DNA of 63,203 bases, filler included. It is 4 parts of 4 records of this genome, joined end to end, with 100 filler letters (N's around TTAATTAATTAA, not from the genome) between each part and the next. Parts side by side here need not be neighbours in the genome. Positions count along the whole stretch, not along the records: positions 38,002 to 59,659 come from SRR20825010_3568; 3 more parts are not named here. One strand, given 5' to 3'. This document shows, piece by piece, positions 42,211 to 51,677 of the stretch. The stretch's first letter is position 1, and every line of letters begins with the position of its first letter. The translations under genes were made by a program, and so were the position numbers. The notes beneath the pieces were generated by a model. That model did not search any database and was not told where the DNA came from. It saw only the letters and a program-made list of their open reading frames with translations.

Positions 42211-43670
42211 CAGCTGTGTGTGTCATGGTATTGGGCACCAGCAGTGGCGCTGGCAAAAGCTGGGTGACCACGGCACTGTGCCGCCATTACGCACGAATGG
42301 GTTTGAAGGTGGCACCTTTCAAGGCACAAAACATGAGCAACAACGCTCGTGTGGTGGCGGGCTTGCGTGGTGATGAAGGCGAAATTGGTTCGGCCCAGTA
42401 TTTCCAGGCGTTGGCCGCGTGTTGCGAACCCCATGTGAACATGAACCCGGTGTTGCTAAAACCTGAAGCCGACACCAAAAGCCAGGTGGTGGTGCTGGGG
42501 CAAGTGGACCGCGCACTGAGCAAAACCCCGTGGCGGGAGCGCAGCGCCCAGGTGTGGCCGCACATCATGGCAGCGCTGGACGCACTGCGAGCCGACCACG
42601 ATGTGGTCGTGATTGAAGGCGCTGGTTCGCCCGCAGAAATCAACCTGCATGCCAGCGACATTGTGAACATGCGCGTGGCCGTGCATGCACAGGCACGTTG
42701 CCTGCTGGTTGCCGACATTGACCGTGGCGGAGCCTTTGCCCACCTGTACGGTACATGGGCATTGTTGCCCACCGAAGAGCGTGCCTTGATCCATGGTTTT
42801 GTGTTGAACAAATTTCGGGGTGATTCGGCGTTGCTGGCCCCCGCGCCCGAACAGTTGCAGCAGTTGACCGGTGTGCCCACAGTGGCCACGTTGCCCATGT
42901 GGTTTCAGCATGGTTTGCCGGAAGAAGACGGGGTATTCGACGATAGCAGCCATTCCACTGGCTGCGTGCACACCACCATTTCGGTGCTGGCTTTTCCGCG
43001 CATCAGCAATCTGGATGAATTTCAACCCTTGAAAAACATGCCCGGTGTGCGTTTGGTGTGGGCCCGCACACCTGCCGATTGTGCGGGGGCGGACTGGATC
43101 ATTCTGCCCGGTTCCAAACACACCACAGCTGACCTGGCCTGGCTGCGTGAACAGGGGTTGGACCAAACCGTGGCATCCCATGCCGAGCAAGGCAAGCCCG
43201 TGCTGGGCATTTGTGGTGGCTTGCAAATGCTGGGCGAAGCGCTGGTGGATGCGCACGGTATTGATGGCAATGCGCCGGGGTTGGGGCTTTTGCCTTTGGT
43301 GACCTGCTTTGAACCCGACAAAACAGTGCGCCGCGCCACACTGCTTTTTGGCGCAGTCCAGGGGCCATGGGCTGCGTTGGCGCAACAACGGGTAAACGGT
43401 TATGAAATTCACCATGGGCGCACAGTGCAACACACCGCGCTTGCGCAAACTGGCCAGCTTGCCCTTGAAGTGCTGCCCGGTTTGGGTTGGCAAAATACGG
43501 CAGGCAATGTGCTGGGTGTGTATGTGCATGGCCTGTTTGAAGACCCTTCAGTATTGACCGCATTGTTTGGCGCACAAGCCCCCACGCTGGAAAGCGTGTT
43601 CAACGGGTTGGCCGATTTTCTGGAACAGCATGTTCAACCGGGCGTGTTGAACGCACTTATCGAACCCTAA
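42207..43670 (+). CDS. cobQ: Cobyric acid synthase
   Basis: GTSSGAGKS, PFKAQNMSNN, IEGAGSPAEINL, GICGGLQMLG, YVHGLF. Confidence 0.97.
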   Translation: MTAVCVMVLGTSSGAGKSWVTTALCRHYARMGLKVAPFKAQNMSNNARVVAGLRGDEGEIGSAQYFQALAACCEPHVNMNPVLLKPEADTKSQVVVLGQVDRALSKTPWRERSAQVWPHIMAALDALRADHDVVVIEGAGSPAEINLHASDIVNMRVAVHAQARCLLVADIDRGGAFAHLYGTWALLPTEERALIHGFVLNKFRGDSALLAPAPEQLQQLTGVPTVATLPMWFQHGLPEEDGVFDDSSHSTGCVHTTISVLAFPRISNLDEFQPLKNMPGVRLVWARTPADCAGADWIILPGSKHTTADLAWLREQGLDQTVASHAEQGKPVLGICGGLQMLGEALVDAHGIDGNAPGLGLLPLVTCFEPDKTVRRATLLFGAVQGPWAALAQQRVNGYEIHHGRTVQHTALAQTGQLALEVLPGLGWQNTAGNVLGVYVHGLFEDPSVLTALFGAQAPTLESVFNGLADFLEQHVQPGVLNALIEP

Positions 43671-43691
43671 TTCTGCAGGTACTCAGCAACC

Positions 43692-44744
43692 ATGCCATTT
43701 GATTTTCCTCTTGTTCGCAACCCCTGCAGTGCTGTGTTGCAAGCACGGCTGCAAACCCTGCTTGACAACAAAACCAAGCCGCTCGGTTCACTGGGTCGGC
43801 TTGAAACGCTGGCTGTTCAAATTGGCATGGCCTTGGGTACTGAAAGCCCGGTTCTGAAACAGCCGCAATTGCTGGTGTTTGCAGGTGATCATGGTTTGGC
43901 GCAGCGCGGGGTGTCCGCATACCCCAGCGACGTGACCTGGCAAATGGTGGAAAACTTTTTGACCGGTGGTGCTGCCGTCAGCGTACTGGCGCGCCAACAT
44001 GGCCTGAATTTGGGTGTGGTCGATTGTGGCGTGCGCCACGATTTCGCGTCCCGCCCCAGGCTTCACCTGTGCAAGGTGGCCCATGGCACAGCCGACAGTT
44101 TTGAAGGCCCGGCCATGTCGATTCAGCAATGTGAGCAGGCAATGCAAAACGGCGTTGAACTGTTGCGTGGCTTGCCCGGCAATGTGGTGTTGCTGGGGGA
44201 AATGGGCATTGGCAATTCATCGGCCGCAGCCCTGTTGATGGCTCGGTTCACAGGGCATGGCATTGCTGAATGCACCGGCGCAGGCACAGGTTTGAATGCC
44301 CTTGCCGTTGAACGCAAGGCAGGAATTTTGCAGCAGGTGTTGAATCAACATGCCAATGCACACACACCGCTTGAAATACTTGCCGCCATGGGCGGGTTTG
44401 AAATTGCAACCATGGTGGGTGCGGTGTTGCAGGCCGCCAGCGAACGCCGCGTGGTGGTGGTCGATGGGTTTATTGCCACGGCAGCAGTGCTGGTGGCACA
44501 TGCCCTGTGCCCCGATGTGTTGCCGTATTGTGTTTTTGCGCATCAATCGGGCGAGCAAGGCCACAGTAAAATGCTGAAGTATTTGAAAGCGCAGCCCTTG
44601 CTTGACCTTGGTTTGCGTTTGGGGGAAGGCTCTGGTGCAGCCTTGGCCTGGCCGCTGTTGGTGTCGGCTTGTTGCATATTGCGCGACATGGCCAGCTTCG
44701 ATTCAGCCAGCGTGTCGCGCGCAGACGATTCAACACAGGCTTAA
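43692..44744 (+). CDS. cobT: Nicotinate-nucleotide--DMB phosphoribosyltransferase
   Basis: KTKPLGSLGRLE, GEMGIGN, RLGEGSGA. Confidence 0.97.
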   Translation: MPFDFPLVRNPCSAVLQARLQTLLDNKTKPLGSLGRLETLAVQIGMALGTESPVLKQPQLLVFAGDHGLAQRGVSAYPSDVTWQMVENFLTGGAAVSVLARQHGLNLGVVDCGVRHDFASRPRLHLCKVAHGTADSFEGPAMSIQQCEQAMQNGVELLRGLPGNVVLLGEMGIGNSSAAALLMARFTGHGIAECTGAGTGLNALAVERKAGILQQVLNQHANAHTPLEILAAMGGFEIATMVGAVLQAASERRVVVVDGFIATAAVLVAHALCPDVLPYCVFAHQSGEQGHSKMLKYLKAQPLLDLGLRLGEGSGAALAWPLLVSACCILRDMASFDSASVSRADDSTQA

Positions 44745-44750
44745 TTTTCC

Positions 44751-45584
44751 ATGCTTCAACTGCTTGCCCAATTCATTCGCCACTACCTGCTTGCCGTGCA
44801 GTTTTTTACACGTATACCGGTTACCGGAAAATTGGCCGCGTGGGTGGGCTTCTCGCCCGCCATGTTGCGTGCCAGTGCAGCACATTTTCCTGGTGTGGGT
44901 TGGCTGGTGGGTGTTGCCAGCGCGGCAGTGTTGTGGGGCTTGGTGTGGGCCTTGCCTGAAGTGCCCGCTGCAAGCTGGGTTGCCGCCGTGTTGTGTACTG
45001 TGTTTAGTGCGATGCTGACTGGTGCGTTTCATGAAGACGGCCTTGCTGACACGGCCGATGGTTTGGGCGGAAGCATGAACCGCGAACGCGCGCTCGACAT
45101 CATGAAAGATTCCCGCGTGGGTACTTATGGTGCACTGGCGCTGGTGCTGATTGTGTTGCTTAAAATCAGCCTGCTGACCATGTTGTTGCAAGTTGCAGCG
45201 TTGCCTGTTGCTGTGGCGGCAGTGTTCGGCGCGCATGTGGTGTCGCGTTTCTTGCCCTTGTGGATCATTCGCAGCTTGCCGCATGTGGGCGACACACTGC
45301 AATCCAAATCCAAACCACTGGCCGATCAAATTGGTAACGGCAGTTTGTTGGCAGCGGCCGTGTGGGCTGCATTGGCATTTGGCCTGCTGTATGTGCTTGA
45401 ACCTGGTATGCCATGGTGGGCAGGTACCTTGGGCGCCGTATTGGCACTGGGTTATATGTGGCGCTTGCTTCAACGCAGGCTGGCTGGTTTTACCGGCGAT
45501 GGTTTGGGCGCTACACAGCAACTGTGCGAGGTGGCTTTTTACCTGGGCTTGTTGTTGGCTTGGCCGTTGGCTGCTGTGTCATGA
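44751..45584 (+). CDS. cobS: Adenosylcobinamide-GDP ribazoletransferase
   Basis: QFFTRIP, TGAFHEDGLADTADG, IMKDSRVG, GFTGDGLGA. Confidence 0.96.
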   Translation: MLQLLAQFIRHYLLAVQFFTRIPVTGKLAAWVGFSPAMLRASAAHFPGVGWLVGVASAAVLWGLVWALPEVPAASWVAAVLCTVFSAMLTGAFHEDGLADTADGLGGSMNRERALDIMKDSRVGTYGALALVLIVLLKISLLTMLLQVAALPVAVAAVFGAHVVSRFLPLWIIRSLPHVGDTLQSKSKPLADQIGNGSLLAAAVWAALAFGLLYVLEPGMPWWAGTLGAVLALGYMWRLLQRRLAGFTGDGLGATQQLCEVAFYLGLLLAWPLAAVS

Positions 45585-46135
45585 AACTGTGGTTGATTCG
45601 CCATGCGCCTGTGCTGTTGCCCGCAGGTATTTGCTATGGCGCAAGCGATGTATTGGCCGATGATGCGGCCAGCTTAAACGCGGCCCGGCAAGCAGCAGAA
45701 CAATTGCCGCTCGGCTTGCCTGTGCGTGTTTCAGGCCTGCAGCGCGCGCAACAACTTGCAAACCATTTGGCGGCGCTGCGGCCCGATCTTCCCGCCGCAA
45801 TTGTAGATACCCGCTTAAATGAAATGAACTTTGGTTGCTGGGAAATGCAGCCTTGGGATGCTGTGCCGCAAGCTGCGTTCGACGCTTGGCTGGCCGCCTT
45901 TGATCACCACTGTTTTGGTGGCGTTGAAAGCACGCATAGGGTGTTGCAGCGCGTGGGGAAAGCATTGCAGAACATGCAAAGCAATGAATTGTGGATTACG
46001 CACGCAGGCGTTGTTCGCGCGGTGCAATGGATTGTTGCGAACGGTGTGGTGCCAGTGCAGCAGGCCGCGAATTGGCCTGCAACGGCGGTGGAGCCGGGTG
46101 GCTTGTGTAGTGTTGAAATTCCAGAACAGGGTTGA
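45581..46135 (+). CDS. cobC: Histidine phosphatase, alpha-ribazole phosphatase-like
   Basis: LWLIRH, ICYGASD, EMNFGCWE, ITHAGV; ATGA overlap with cobS. Confidence 0.85.
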   Translation: MKLWLIRHAPVLLPAGICYGASDVLADDAASLNAARQAAEQLPLGLPVRVSGLQRAQQLANHLAALRPDLPAAIVDTRLNEMNFGCWEMQPWDAVPQAAFDAWLAAFDHHCFGGVESTHRVLQRVGKALQNMQSNELWITHAGVVRAVQWIVANGVVPVQQAANWPATAVEPGGLCSVEIPEQG

Positions 46136-48034
46136 TCAGTTTTTCCAACGCCCCTGCGCTTCAATCATCAACCCCCTTGGCCCACGCACTTCATCCTGAT
46201 TCGCATACGCCCAGTTCAAGGCCTTGCACATTTCATCAGAAAATTCGTTCTCGTTTTGTTGGTGCAATTCCATGAATTGTTTGGACGCAACCATGGCCCG
46301 AAGCTCCTCCAGCAAGCCTGGTTCATTGATGTAGCGCACTACACCATTGACGTAGTTTTCAACGGAATCGGCCACACAATATTCAGCCAGGCCCAGCGAG
46401 GCCAGAATGTCGTAGTCGCTGCGTGAATGGGGTTCTGCGCCAATCAGGCTGACCACTGGCAAACCCAGCACCATGCAATCGATGGTGGATGTGGCATTGC
46501 CAAACGGGAATGGGCTTAAGGCCAGGTGGTTTTGGTTCAACAAATTCAAATAGGCTTCGTAGCCGGTGCGGCGTGCCACCACGGCGGTTGGAAAATATTT
46601 CAGCAAGCGGCGTTCAGTGGACAAATGTCCCACCCCATATTCATTGGGGAAGAACATGAACCGCACAGGCTTGGTCGACAGCCGTTCAATTTCTTTCAGT
46701 GCAGTCACAAAACTCAAATTGATTTTCATGACATTGCAGGGCACGGCAATCGATACAAGGTCGTTACTCAACACAGCGGGCGGTGGCAGTTTCAAGTCCT
46801 GATGCGCTTCGGCCACGTTGCCTATTTCGCTTTCCAGAATCAGCATGTTCTCGTTCACCACCCCTTGGCCGCCGAACACGCGGCTGGTCACAAAGGCCAA
46901 ATCCATTTCCGTGCTGTGGCTGGTGGCTGGGTGGCCAAAGCTCATGGTTTGCAAGGGTGCCCAGCGCAGGTTGGCGAGCGATATGCCCCACGAGCGCATG
47001 CCCACGCTCATGAACCACGCAATGTCGGGTGTGCATTGGTTTAGCAGTGGTTGCAGGTTCATTTCATCGTCGGGCACTTCAATAAATTCATCAAACAGGC
47101 TGATGGATTGTTCGTCCACATCGGCTTTCATCGACACCATTACCAGGTAATAATCGCGCCTCAACCGCTTGATCATTGGGGCGTACCAGCGGTACATGGC
47201 ATGCACCGATTTGAATGTTTCCGCGATCACGGCCATCACCGGTTTGTTGTCCACGTTGCCCGCATGTTTTATGCTGCCCACCGGCTTGGCTTGAATGCCC
47301 TTGGCCTTGTGCACGCGCTTGAACCAGTTGTTCAGGTGTTTTTTGATGTCGTGTTTGCGGGTCGATGTGCTGTAGCTGCACAGCATCCAGATATTCGAAA
47401 TCAATGCGCGGTATTGGTCCAGCGGGCGCAGTGCTTCGTAGGGGTTGTACTCTTCCAGCAAAAAAGTGCGTCCGGCATCGCCAGTCAGTGTCAGGGGCAA
47501 ACGGTCCAGCAACAAACCGATGGCCAGCAGCGCGGCTGTTTCAGAGTTTTCCAGTGTCAGTTCAACCAGGTCGCTTGCTTCCAGATCGCCCACACCGGCC
47601 AGCAACACGGCGCGCACCATGGCAGGGTTGTCGCTCAGGTGTTTGGTTTTTTTGTCGCGTGCTTTTTGCAGCAGCATTTGCAAGGTGGCCCTGTTACCGC
47701 CGTAACCAGACACTTCAAACACATAGCTCATGAAGCGTTTTTGTTTGGTCAGCACCAGCACGCTGTTTAAGCTCAGGGTGTGTTTCAGGTCGGTCAACAC
47801 ATTCACATACAGCGCTGCAAACCGGGTACACAATTCCGTGGTGCCCTGAATGTTCAGCTGCATCAAACTGGCATAGGGCTTGTTCTGGCAATCGTTGACC
47901 AACACGGCCAGTTGGTTGATGGTTTTTTCCGGGTCTTGCCGCTGCAAATACGCACCGTTTTCGATGGTCTGTAACTTGGTGTCAATTTCATTGAACAATG
48001 GTTGCAATTGTTCTTCAAGGTTGGGTGTGGTCAT
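46136..48034 (-). CDS. HMW1C/NGT-like (GT41) cytoplasmic protein glycosyltransferase
   Basis: WMLCSY..KHDIKKHLN, KPVMAV, HAMYR, SVGM, RWAPLQ..GHPATSHS, MKIN, PFPFGN..ID, GAEPH, in the same order as in HMW1C/ApNGT; ATG at 48034 with GAGAG RBS. Confidence 0.88.
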   Translation of the reverse strand: MTTPNLEEQLQPLFNEIDTKLQTIENGAYLQRQDPEKTINQLAVLVNDCQNKPYASLMQLNIQGTTELCTRFAALYVNVLTDLKHTLSLNSVLVLTKQKRFMSYVFEVSGYGGNRATLQMLLQKARDKKTKHLSDNPAMVRAVLLAGVGDLEASDLVELTLENSETAALLAIGLLLDRLPLTLTGDAGRTFLLEEYNPYEALRPLDQYRALISNIWMLCSYSTSTRKHDIKKHLNNWFKRVHKAKGIQAKPVGSIKHAGNVDNKPVMAVIAETFKSVHAMYRWYAPMIKRLRRDYYLVMVSMKADVDEQSISLFDEFIEVPDDEMNLQPLLNQCTPDIAWFMSVGMRSWGISLANLRWAPLQTMSFGHPATSHSTEMDLAFVTSRVFGGQGVVNENMLILESEIGNVAEAHQDLKLPPPAVLSNDLVSIAVPCNVMKINLSFVTALKEIERLSTKPVRFMFFPNEYGVGHLSTERRLLKYFPTAVVARRTGYEAYLNLLNQNHLALSPFPFGNATSTIDCMVLGLPVVSLIGAEPHSRSDYDILASLGLAEYCVADSVENYVNGVVRYINEPGLLEELRAMVASKQFMELHQQNENEFSDEMCKALNWAYANQDEVRGPRGLMIEAQGRWKN

Positions 48035-48053
48035 GGTCTGAAAACTCTCAAAC

Positions 48054-49193
48054 TTAAAGTTGAACAGTGCGCCCGGTGGCAGAAGCCTGCGCAATGGCCT
48101 GGCTTAGGGCCAGCCCTTCGGCGGCAACGCCCGTGGACAGTGTGTAGGTATTCAGTTTTTCATCGCGCATGGCTTGCGCAATGTCGGCGTAGTAATTTGC
48201 AAATGCTTCAATGAAACCGGAAGGGTGGCCTGCCTTGAAGCGGTTGTAGCGGGGCTGCGCGGTGATGGAGCTGTCGGTGGAGATACGATCCAGCAGCATC
48301 CGGTTTCCAGCCTCGTTTGCAGCCTCGATTAGTTCCGGGCTTTCCTGGTGCCATTGCAAACTACCTTTGGTGCCAAACACGCGAATGCGCAAACCATTGC
48401 GGTAACCCAACACGGCTTTGCCATACCAGGCGTTGACCATCAGGTTGTTGCTGTACTGAATCACGGCGTCCACTTCATCGATCAGGCCGGGTGCAACGTT
48501 GGTAATTGCGCGTTGCCAGGCATTCACGGCTTGTGGCGTGTTGCCGCATACAAAATTCACCAGGCTGTGCAGGTGTACAAACAGGTCGAGCGACACGCAG
48601 CTGATGTCGCCATCTTCAAGCCGCCAGGCCTGAATTGCCTTGGTTTTGTTTTGATTGGTCAGCCGCATGTAGGAATCTTGCGGCATTTCAACCATCACCT
48701 TGAACACATGGCCAATGGCACCACTTTCCACGCGGCGCTTCATTTCGCGCACGGCGGGGTAGCCTGTGTAATTGAAAATTGAAAACACCTGGGTGTTGTC
48801 GGGTTCAATGCGGGCCAGCAGTTCTTTGCATTCCTGCACATTGGCCAGCAGGGGTTTGTCGGAAATAACCCGCAAGTTGTGATCGAGTGCCAGGTGGATG
48901 TACTGCGCATGCGACTTGATCGGCGTGGCGATCACCACGGCATCCACTTCATCGGCCACTGCGTCAATCAGTGCTTCCGCGCTGGGGTAAAGCTTGTGCG
49001 CGGGCACATTGTATTGGCGGCCCGATTCAGCATTGAATTCTGCGTTGCGGCTAAAGCAGCCCGCAACCAGGTCAAATTCATTGTCCATTTTCATGGCAAT
49101 TTCATGCACGCGGCCCACGGCTGAATTTACACCGCCGCCTATCATGGCGACCTTGATGGGTTTGCTGATGGCTTTGGGTGTGTTCATGTTCAA
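48054..49193 (-). CDS. Gfo/Idh/MocA-family oxidoreductase
   Basis: VAMIGGG, VVIATP, SDKP, FNYTGYP, AGHPSGFIEAFAN. Confidence 0.9.
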   Translation of the reverse strand: MNMNTPKAISKPIKVAMIGGGVNSAVGRVHEIAMKMDNEFDLVAGCFSRNAEFNAESGRQYNVPAHKLYPSAEALIDAVADEVDAVVIATPIKSHAQYIHLALDHNLRVISDKPLLANVQECKELLARIEPDNTQVFSIFNYTGYPAVREMKRRVESGAIGHVFKVMVEMPQDSYMRLTNQNKTKAIQAWRLEDGDISCVSLDLFVHLHSLVNFVCGNTPQAVNAWQRAITNVAPGLIDEVDAVIQYSNNLMVNAWYGKAVLGYRNGLRIRVFGTKGSLQWHQESPELIEAANEAGNRMLLDRISTDSSITAQPRYNRFKAGHPSGFIEAFANYYADIAQAMRDEKLNTYTLSTGVAAEGLALSQAIAQASATGRTVQL

Positions 49194-49211
49194 TGTCCTT
49201 TGCGTGGGGCT

Positions 49212-50357
49212 TTAACCATTGAAGGTGTAAAGCCTGCGCTGTATGGCGTGGCTGGCCAGTGTTTGAAGCTCGCTTGCGTTGGCGCAGCGCGCGAACAGCA
49301 GCGCCATTCTGCCCACCGGGCTGGGCGCAATGAAATCGCCTGTGGCTGCAATGGGCACCCAACGCTCCATGTGCACTGGGTACTTGAAATGCAAATGTTG
49401 CAGCAAACCTTCGTGTGGCAGTGTCAGCGTGTGGCGCAAAATAAAATTCTGCTTCAATGCGCCGGGGGCGGTGCGCTGGCCCAGAAAGCCCTTGGTGTAA
49501 CTGGCCACATAGGGAAAGCCCGTTGAAAGTTCTATCAGTTGGCTGTACAAATCACCGGGGCAGCGGCGGGTAATTTCCACCAGCCAGAATTGATCGCCTT
49601 TCAGCAAAAACTGGGTGTGTACCAAGCCGTCGCAAAGGCGCAGGTTTTGTGCCAAGTGTTCAATTTCACGGCGAATGCGGGTGTGTATCTCGGCCGGAAA
49701 GTTGATGGCAACGTGGCTGGTGTCCACCACAAAACGGTTGGCCGATCCGTGTTCAATCACCATGAAGTCTTGTACCACGCGGCCATTGGCCACAAAGGCT
49801 GAATGGCTGTACAACTGGCCCTCCACGTATTCTTCCACCAAACAATCGCCACTTTTCGATTCGGTTTTGGCTGTCGCAATGGCGCGTGCAAGTTGTGTGG
49901 TTTCGCCTGCTTGCACCACGGTGATGCCGCGACCGCTGTAGGCGTCCACTGGTTTTACAATCACGGCGCAGGTCGGGGTTTCTTCATTGCTGAATACACG
50001 CGGCACCGATAAACCCTCGCGCAGCGCGTAGCTGCGAAACTTCTGTTTGTGGTTGATGGTCTCAGTAGCCTCCAGGCGGTCAATGCCGGGGAAGTGCAGG
50101 GTTTCAGATACCTCCGCGCAGGAGTAATACGAGCGGTCGTTACAACCGGGTACCAGGTATTCAATGCCAATCCGTGTGCACAAATCGGCCAGTGCCGCAG
50201 GGTCGGAATAATCCAGTTGCTGATAACCGGGTGTGGCCTTGGCCAAAAAGTCGTTGGGCTTGCCACCTGCAAACAGAACCATGTGCCCGGCGTTGCGCAG
50301 GTTGTTCAGGATGGGTCCTGATGAGAAGTTGGTGTCAACCAGCAGCACTTTAGCCAC
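49212..50357 (-). CDS. ATP-grasp ligase
   Basis: HKQKFR, VIVKPVDAYSGRGI, VEEYVEG, HTQF, VEITRRCPGD. Confidence 0.85.
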   Translation of the reverse strand: MAKVLLVDTNFSSGPILNNLRNAGHMVLFAGGKPNDFLAKATPGYQQLDYSDPAALADLCTRIGIEYLVPGCNDRSYYSCAEVSETLHFPGIDRLEATETINHKQKFRSYALREGLSVPRVFSNEETPTCAVIVKPVDAYSGRGITVVQAGETTQLARAIATAKTESKSGDCLVEEYVEGQLYSHSAFVANGRVVQDFMVIEHGSANRFVVDTSHVAINFPAEIHTRIRREIEHLAQNLRLCDGLVHTQFLLKGDQFWLVEITRRCPGDLYSQLIELSTGFPYVASYTKGFLGQRTAPGALKQNFILRHTLTLPHEGLLQHLHFKYPVHMERWVPIAATGDFIAPSPVGRMALLFARCANASELQTLASHAIQRRLYTFNG

Positions 50358-51468
50358 GGCTGGCCTCGTCGATAATCACGCAAATGCGGGCCACGTCTTC
50401 CAGCGAAAGGTCTGGGTAAATGGGCAGGCACAATACTTGTTCAGCGGCTTTGTGCGCATTGGGCAAACGGCGTGGTGCGGCCGAGGGCAGTCCACGGTAC
50501 ATCGGCATGCTGCTGATCAGCGGGAAGAAATAACGGCGTCCATTCACGCCATGTTCTTGAAGCCGCGCATACAGCGCATCGCGTGAAATGGGGTAGTGGC
50601 TATTCACAAAAATCGGGAAGTAAGCACCGTTCCACTCCACGTTTTCAGGTACGGCCATTTGTTGAATGCCGGGCACGTTGATCAGCAATTCGCGGTACAG
50701 GGCTTGTATGCGGTGGCGTTTTTCAATGGCCTGGTCGACGTACTTCAATTGCAACAGGCCGAATGCGGCGTTCAGTTCGCTCATTTTGCCGTTGATGCCA
50801 GGGGCCATCACGGTGACCTCATTGGCAAAGCCAAAGTTTTTCAGGTAATCAATACGCTGTTTTGTTTTTTCATCTTTGCAAACAATGGCACCGCCTTCAA
50901 AGGTGTTGAATACCTTGGTGGCATGCAGGCTAAGCACCGACAAATCACCCGCATTCAAAATGCTCTCGCCGTGTTGTTTCACGCCAAAGGCATGCGCTGC
51001 ATCGTAAATCACCTTCAAGCCGTACACATCGGCAATGCGCTGAATTTCATCGGTGTTGGCGGGTAGGCCATAGCAGTGCACCGGCAGAATTGCGCTGGTT
51101 TGTGGGGTTATGGCTTCCTCAATGCGGCGGGGGTCGAGGTTCAGGGTCACCGGGTCGACATCGACAAAAACGGGTTGCAAGTCGTTCCACAGCAGGGAAT
51201 GGCTGGTGCACACAAATGAATAGGGCGTGGTGATCACCTCGCCTTGAATGCGCAGGGCTTTCAGCGCGGTCATCAGGGCGATGGTGCCGTTGCAAAACAG
51301 GGAAAGGAAAGGCACGCCGAGGTATTCACACAGGGCTTTTTCAAGCTGTTGGTGATAAGGCCCGTTGTTGGTCAGGGTTTTGCTGTCCCAAATCTGTTCC
51401 AGATAGGGAATGAACTCCGCAAGCGGCGGCAGCGCAGGCTGCGTCACAAAAATTTTCCGATCGTCCAT
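50350..51468 (-). CDS. DegT/DnrJ/EryC1/StrS sugar aminotransferase, VioA-like
   Basis: IFVTQPALPPLAEF, TNNGP, CNGTIAL, YDAAHAFG, SLHATKVFNTFEGG. Confidence 0.93.
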   Translation of the reverse strand: MDDRKIFVTQPALPPLAEFIPYLEQIWDSKTLTNNGPYHQQLEKALCEYLGVPFLSLFCNGTIALMTALKALRIQGEVITTPYSFVCTSHSLLWNDLQPVFVDVDPVTLNLDPRRIEEAITPQTSAILPVHCYGLPANTDEIQRIADVYGLKVIYDAAHAFGVKQHGESILNAGDLSVLSLHATKVFNTFEGGAIVCKDEKTKQRIDYLKNFGFANEVTVMAPGINGKMSELNAAFGLLQLKYVDQAIEKRHRIQALYRELLINVPGIQQMAVPENVEWNGAYFPIFVNSHYPISRDALYARLQEHGVNGRRYFFPLISSMPMYRGLPSAAPRRLPNAHKAAEQVLCLPIYPDLSLEDVARICVIIDEASRG

Positions 51469-51677
51469 TCCCAAGCCTTTCTGTTTGATTTTCTTCATTA
51501 TGTGGGCAAGTGCTTGTGATCATTTGTTAAATATCAGGCCTCTTTCCCCTCCAGAAAAATGTTTTCCCCCTTTCAGGCTTGCTATAGTGGCGCATTGAAA
51601 ACGCGCCAACAATGGCCTGTTCCGTTGTGTTTTTGGTGTATTTCGTTCATTTATTCGTCATTTACCAGGAATTTGCC

